DNA of 64,000 nucleotides from Marsupella aquatica (taxonomy: Eukaryota > Plantae > Marchantiophyta): the NCBI GenBank assembly GCA_973895155.1, contig OZ316898.1:6869079-6933078 (forward strand), written 5' to 3'. Both the position numbers and the translations under genes were made by a program. Within the stretch, counting starts at the first letter, position 1; each line of letters begins with the position of its first letter. This document shows positions 61,669 to 64,000 of this stretch, piece by piece. Under the pieces are notes generated by a model. The model did no database searches. It saw only the letters and a program-made list of their open reading frames with translations, and was not told the DNA's origin.

Positions 61669-64000
61669 ATGAATAAACGACTTTTGGAGGCAGAAATTTG
61701 TGCTTCCAGACCACAAATTTGGGCGAGTACCGGGGTGCTGGGTATGCATTCACAGTGCTGCTGTGCAAGCTTGCCATCGCAGCAACAATGGCTGCCCAGA
61801 TTTCGTGCAGGGTTAAGGGTTTCAGGACAGAAATGCTCCCAATTGAAGTATAGGAATTTAGAGAATCTATTTGGCTATCATGGGGATGCACATACTTTGT
61901 ATAAAAAACGAGGGACTCGTCTTCAACAAAATGCTATTAGTTCTTCGAGCCAAGAAGCAGGAGGAGATCGGGTTACTAAGTTGCGAGACTGGGTCAGGAG
62001 AAAGGTAGAGGAAAAGCAGAAAGAGCAAGTCCCACCAGGGGAGAAAGTGATGAGGTTGGTGGCAACAGCTACTTCAGCCCCGGTGGCACAATACATAGCT
62101 GAACCTGTAACAGCTTTGCACACCCTTGATCCTCGTGTGAAGCAGGTATTCTTCTCTTAATGGGTCCACAATGGCTCGTCGAAATGAGTATAAAATTTCA
62201 GATTCTTGCCTTTCACACAATTCAAATGAGTACGATTTATTTGTAGTACTGCTCTGAGATCTGTGTACCTTCACTGGTTGAATTATGTTATATCTTTCAG
62301 TAAGACCAGGGGAGGTTAAGCTGCTTTGTGGTTCAAAACACTCTGCTGATCAGCATATTTGTCTGATTTATTAGGGTGGGGTTGCAGGCCTGGCTCTTGG
62401 CACTGGTAGTGGTGCCGTCCCGGGCTCATGTCAGTATTCGTTTAGGGCTGGTGGCGTTTTTGCTGCTGGCCACTGTTTGCAGTCTTCCTCGAAGGATATG
62501 GCAGGTACAGCGGAAATGGCAAATGGAAATGCAAAGTTGTGTCTTTCTCCAATAAAATATGTGGAAGCCATGTAAGATTATTTGCCTAAGTATGTTAATC
62601 CTTCAGAACTAAAATGGTTGCTGGTTTGTCTTTCAGGATCAACTGGGTCGTATGGTATTCCTGTCTGGGCTGCTCTTTGTATTCACAGCTCTTGGAACAG
62701 ACGGAGTGCCTCCTGTAGTTCACACCCGCACGCCACCACCGTCCTTTGAAGGTTTCCCTGAAGTTCTTCCGTCTTTAACTGGGTATTCATATGTTCTCTT
62801 CAAATTGGGTCCACTACAACTCACTAGGAAAGGTCTAGCGCTGGCAATTGGAGCCTCCTGCCTCTCTTTCACCGTAAGTTCCATTGGAGCTTTAAGTATG
62901 ACTCTTCCGGACAAGATTATGGCCTTCCTGTTCTCCACGTAAATGGTGTTGACTTCTGTACTGCATTTTGAAGAGTACGGCCTTCTTCTAAACAGTATTT
63001 GAATCTGATGGCGTTGCAATCTATCTGACTACAAAACTCTAAAATTTTGTCGGTGTTATTTCTCACAACACGAACTGATTCTGGCAGGTCCTTCAAAGCG
63101 CAACACTTTGCTTGACCACTACCACTCCAGAGCAGCTAGCAGCTGGCTTACGGTGGTTCTTTGCACCCTTATTGCGTTTTGGAGCTCCAGTGGATGAAAC
63201 AATTCTCACTCTACTACTTTCACTTCGATTCATCGGCCTTGTATTTGATGAGGTAGAGTACAGTTCGCAGGTTTAGCTCTTTCTTGTCGGGACTCTTGGT
63301 CCCTGGTTGCGTTCCCAGGTTCTCTTGTTTGTTGTTGCTTTGTAGAATTCAGTGACGATACCTGTGATTTACCTGAGCATCCAGGTATTATTGAGTTAAT
63401 GGGGTCTTTCCGTGATGCCTCAGGTTCGCAATATTGCTCTAGCTGTGGTAGCTCGTGGTGTGCAGTGGAAAGCGTTGAAGCTCACAGAGACAATTGATGG
63501 TAGGTTTCAAAATTCTCAGATTCATTATACATGGCATAACTGCAACCTTTGTTGCTGCCTAGATTTGACTATTCAGATAGATGAAAAAAAAGTCAGCAGC
63601 GTCCTCAATCTACGAGCTGCTTTTTCGATCTGGGAAGTGACAGTTTTGTGTTGGACGGATGGCCATTGCAGTATTAGTTACCCTCTGTGGGAGGCTATTC
63701 AAGAATCTACTTAGTCATGCAGAGAAAATTTCGGAGGTCAGTTTTTTTTTTCCCGCGCTATCAATCACGCTTTATTTATTGCCCTGTCCATTGCAATTGC
63801 CTGCAACGAATTTATCGACGAGCAGTTAGTAGAACCTTATTCGAAATTTAACTGAAAGTATCTTTTTTCGACGGTTGAAGCTGGTTTTGTTGCATTCACA
63901 GGATAGTATGAGTTCTTAAAATGAATATCACCTTACATTGGAGAATGCTGTGGTACAGGCAATGGTTGCTCGAGGATTTAAAGGAGATCCTTCAAAACAC
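61669..64000 (+). CDS. ABCI12: Chloroplast ABCI12-like ECF transporter transmembrane (EcfT/CbiQ) component; continues past the window end
   Basis: Exons 61669-62145, 62388-62504, 62637-62873, 63088-63252, 63424-63499, 63672-63736 and 63959->64000 are in phase. Motifs ATATSAPVAQYI..PVTALHTLDPRVKQAWLLAL, LGTDGVPP, QSATLCLTTTTPEQLA.GLRWF, LLLSLRFIGLVFDEVRNIAL, AMVARGF. The start codon is uncertain. Confidence 0.92.

Overview
Eukaryotic, repeat-rich land-plant genomic DNA with GT-AG introns. A bryophyte/liverwort-like source is my inference, not proven. Two host genes are well supported. One is a six-exon subfamily IX bHLH transcription factor of the FBH/AKS type (48849-52669, +), whose first coding exon is not joined to it in the ORF track. 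The other is a chloroplast ABCI12-like ECF-transporter T component (61669 to beyond 64000, +). The rest is mostly transposon-derived. The most notable structure is an 8.07-kb DNA transposon (32292-40362) with TAC...GTA termini, ~28-bp TIRs and a perfect 6-bp TSD (CCTGGC). It carries a spliced IS3/integrase-type DDE transposase (-), a spliced HECT-type E3 ubiquitin-ligase gene (+) arranged head-to-head, and a ~2.2-kb array of ~195-bp repeats; it looks like an IS3EU-type element in a plant. Also present: a 5'-truncated CRE-like non-LTR retrotransposon with a restriction-like endonuclease (~44700-47530, -), degenerate relatives of it, a 4-copy tRNA-derived SINE family, several MITE-like inserts (one extremely G-rich), SDR and F-box pseudogene fragments, an orphan ORF (21258-22184) and many local tandem duplications. 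All calls come from reading the sequence by eye; no database searches were run.
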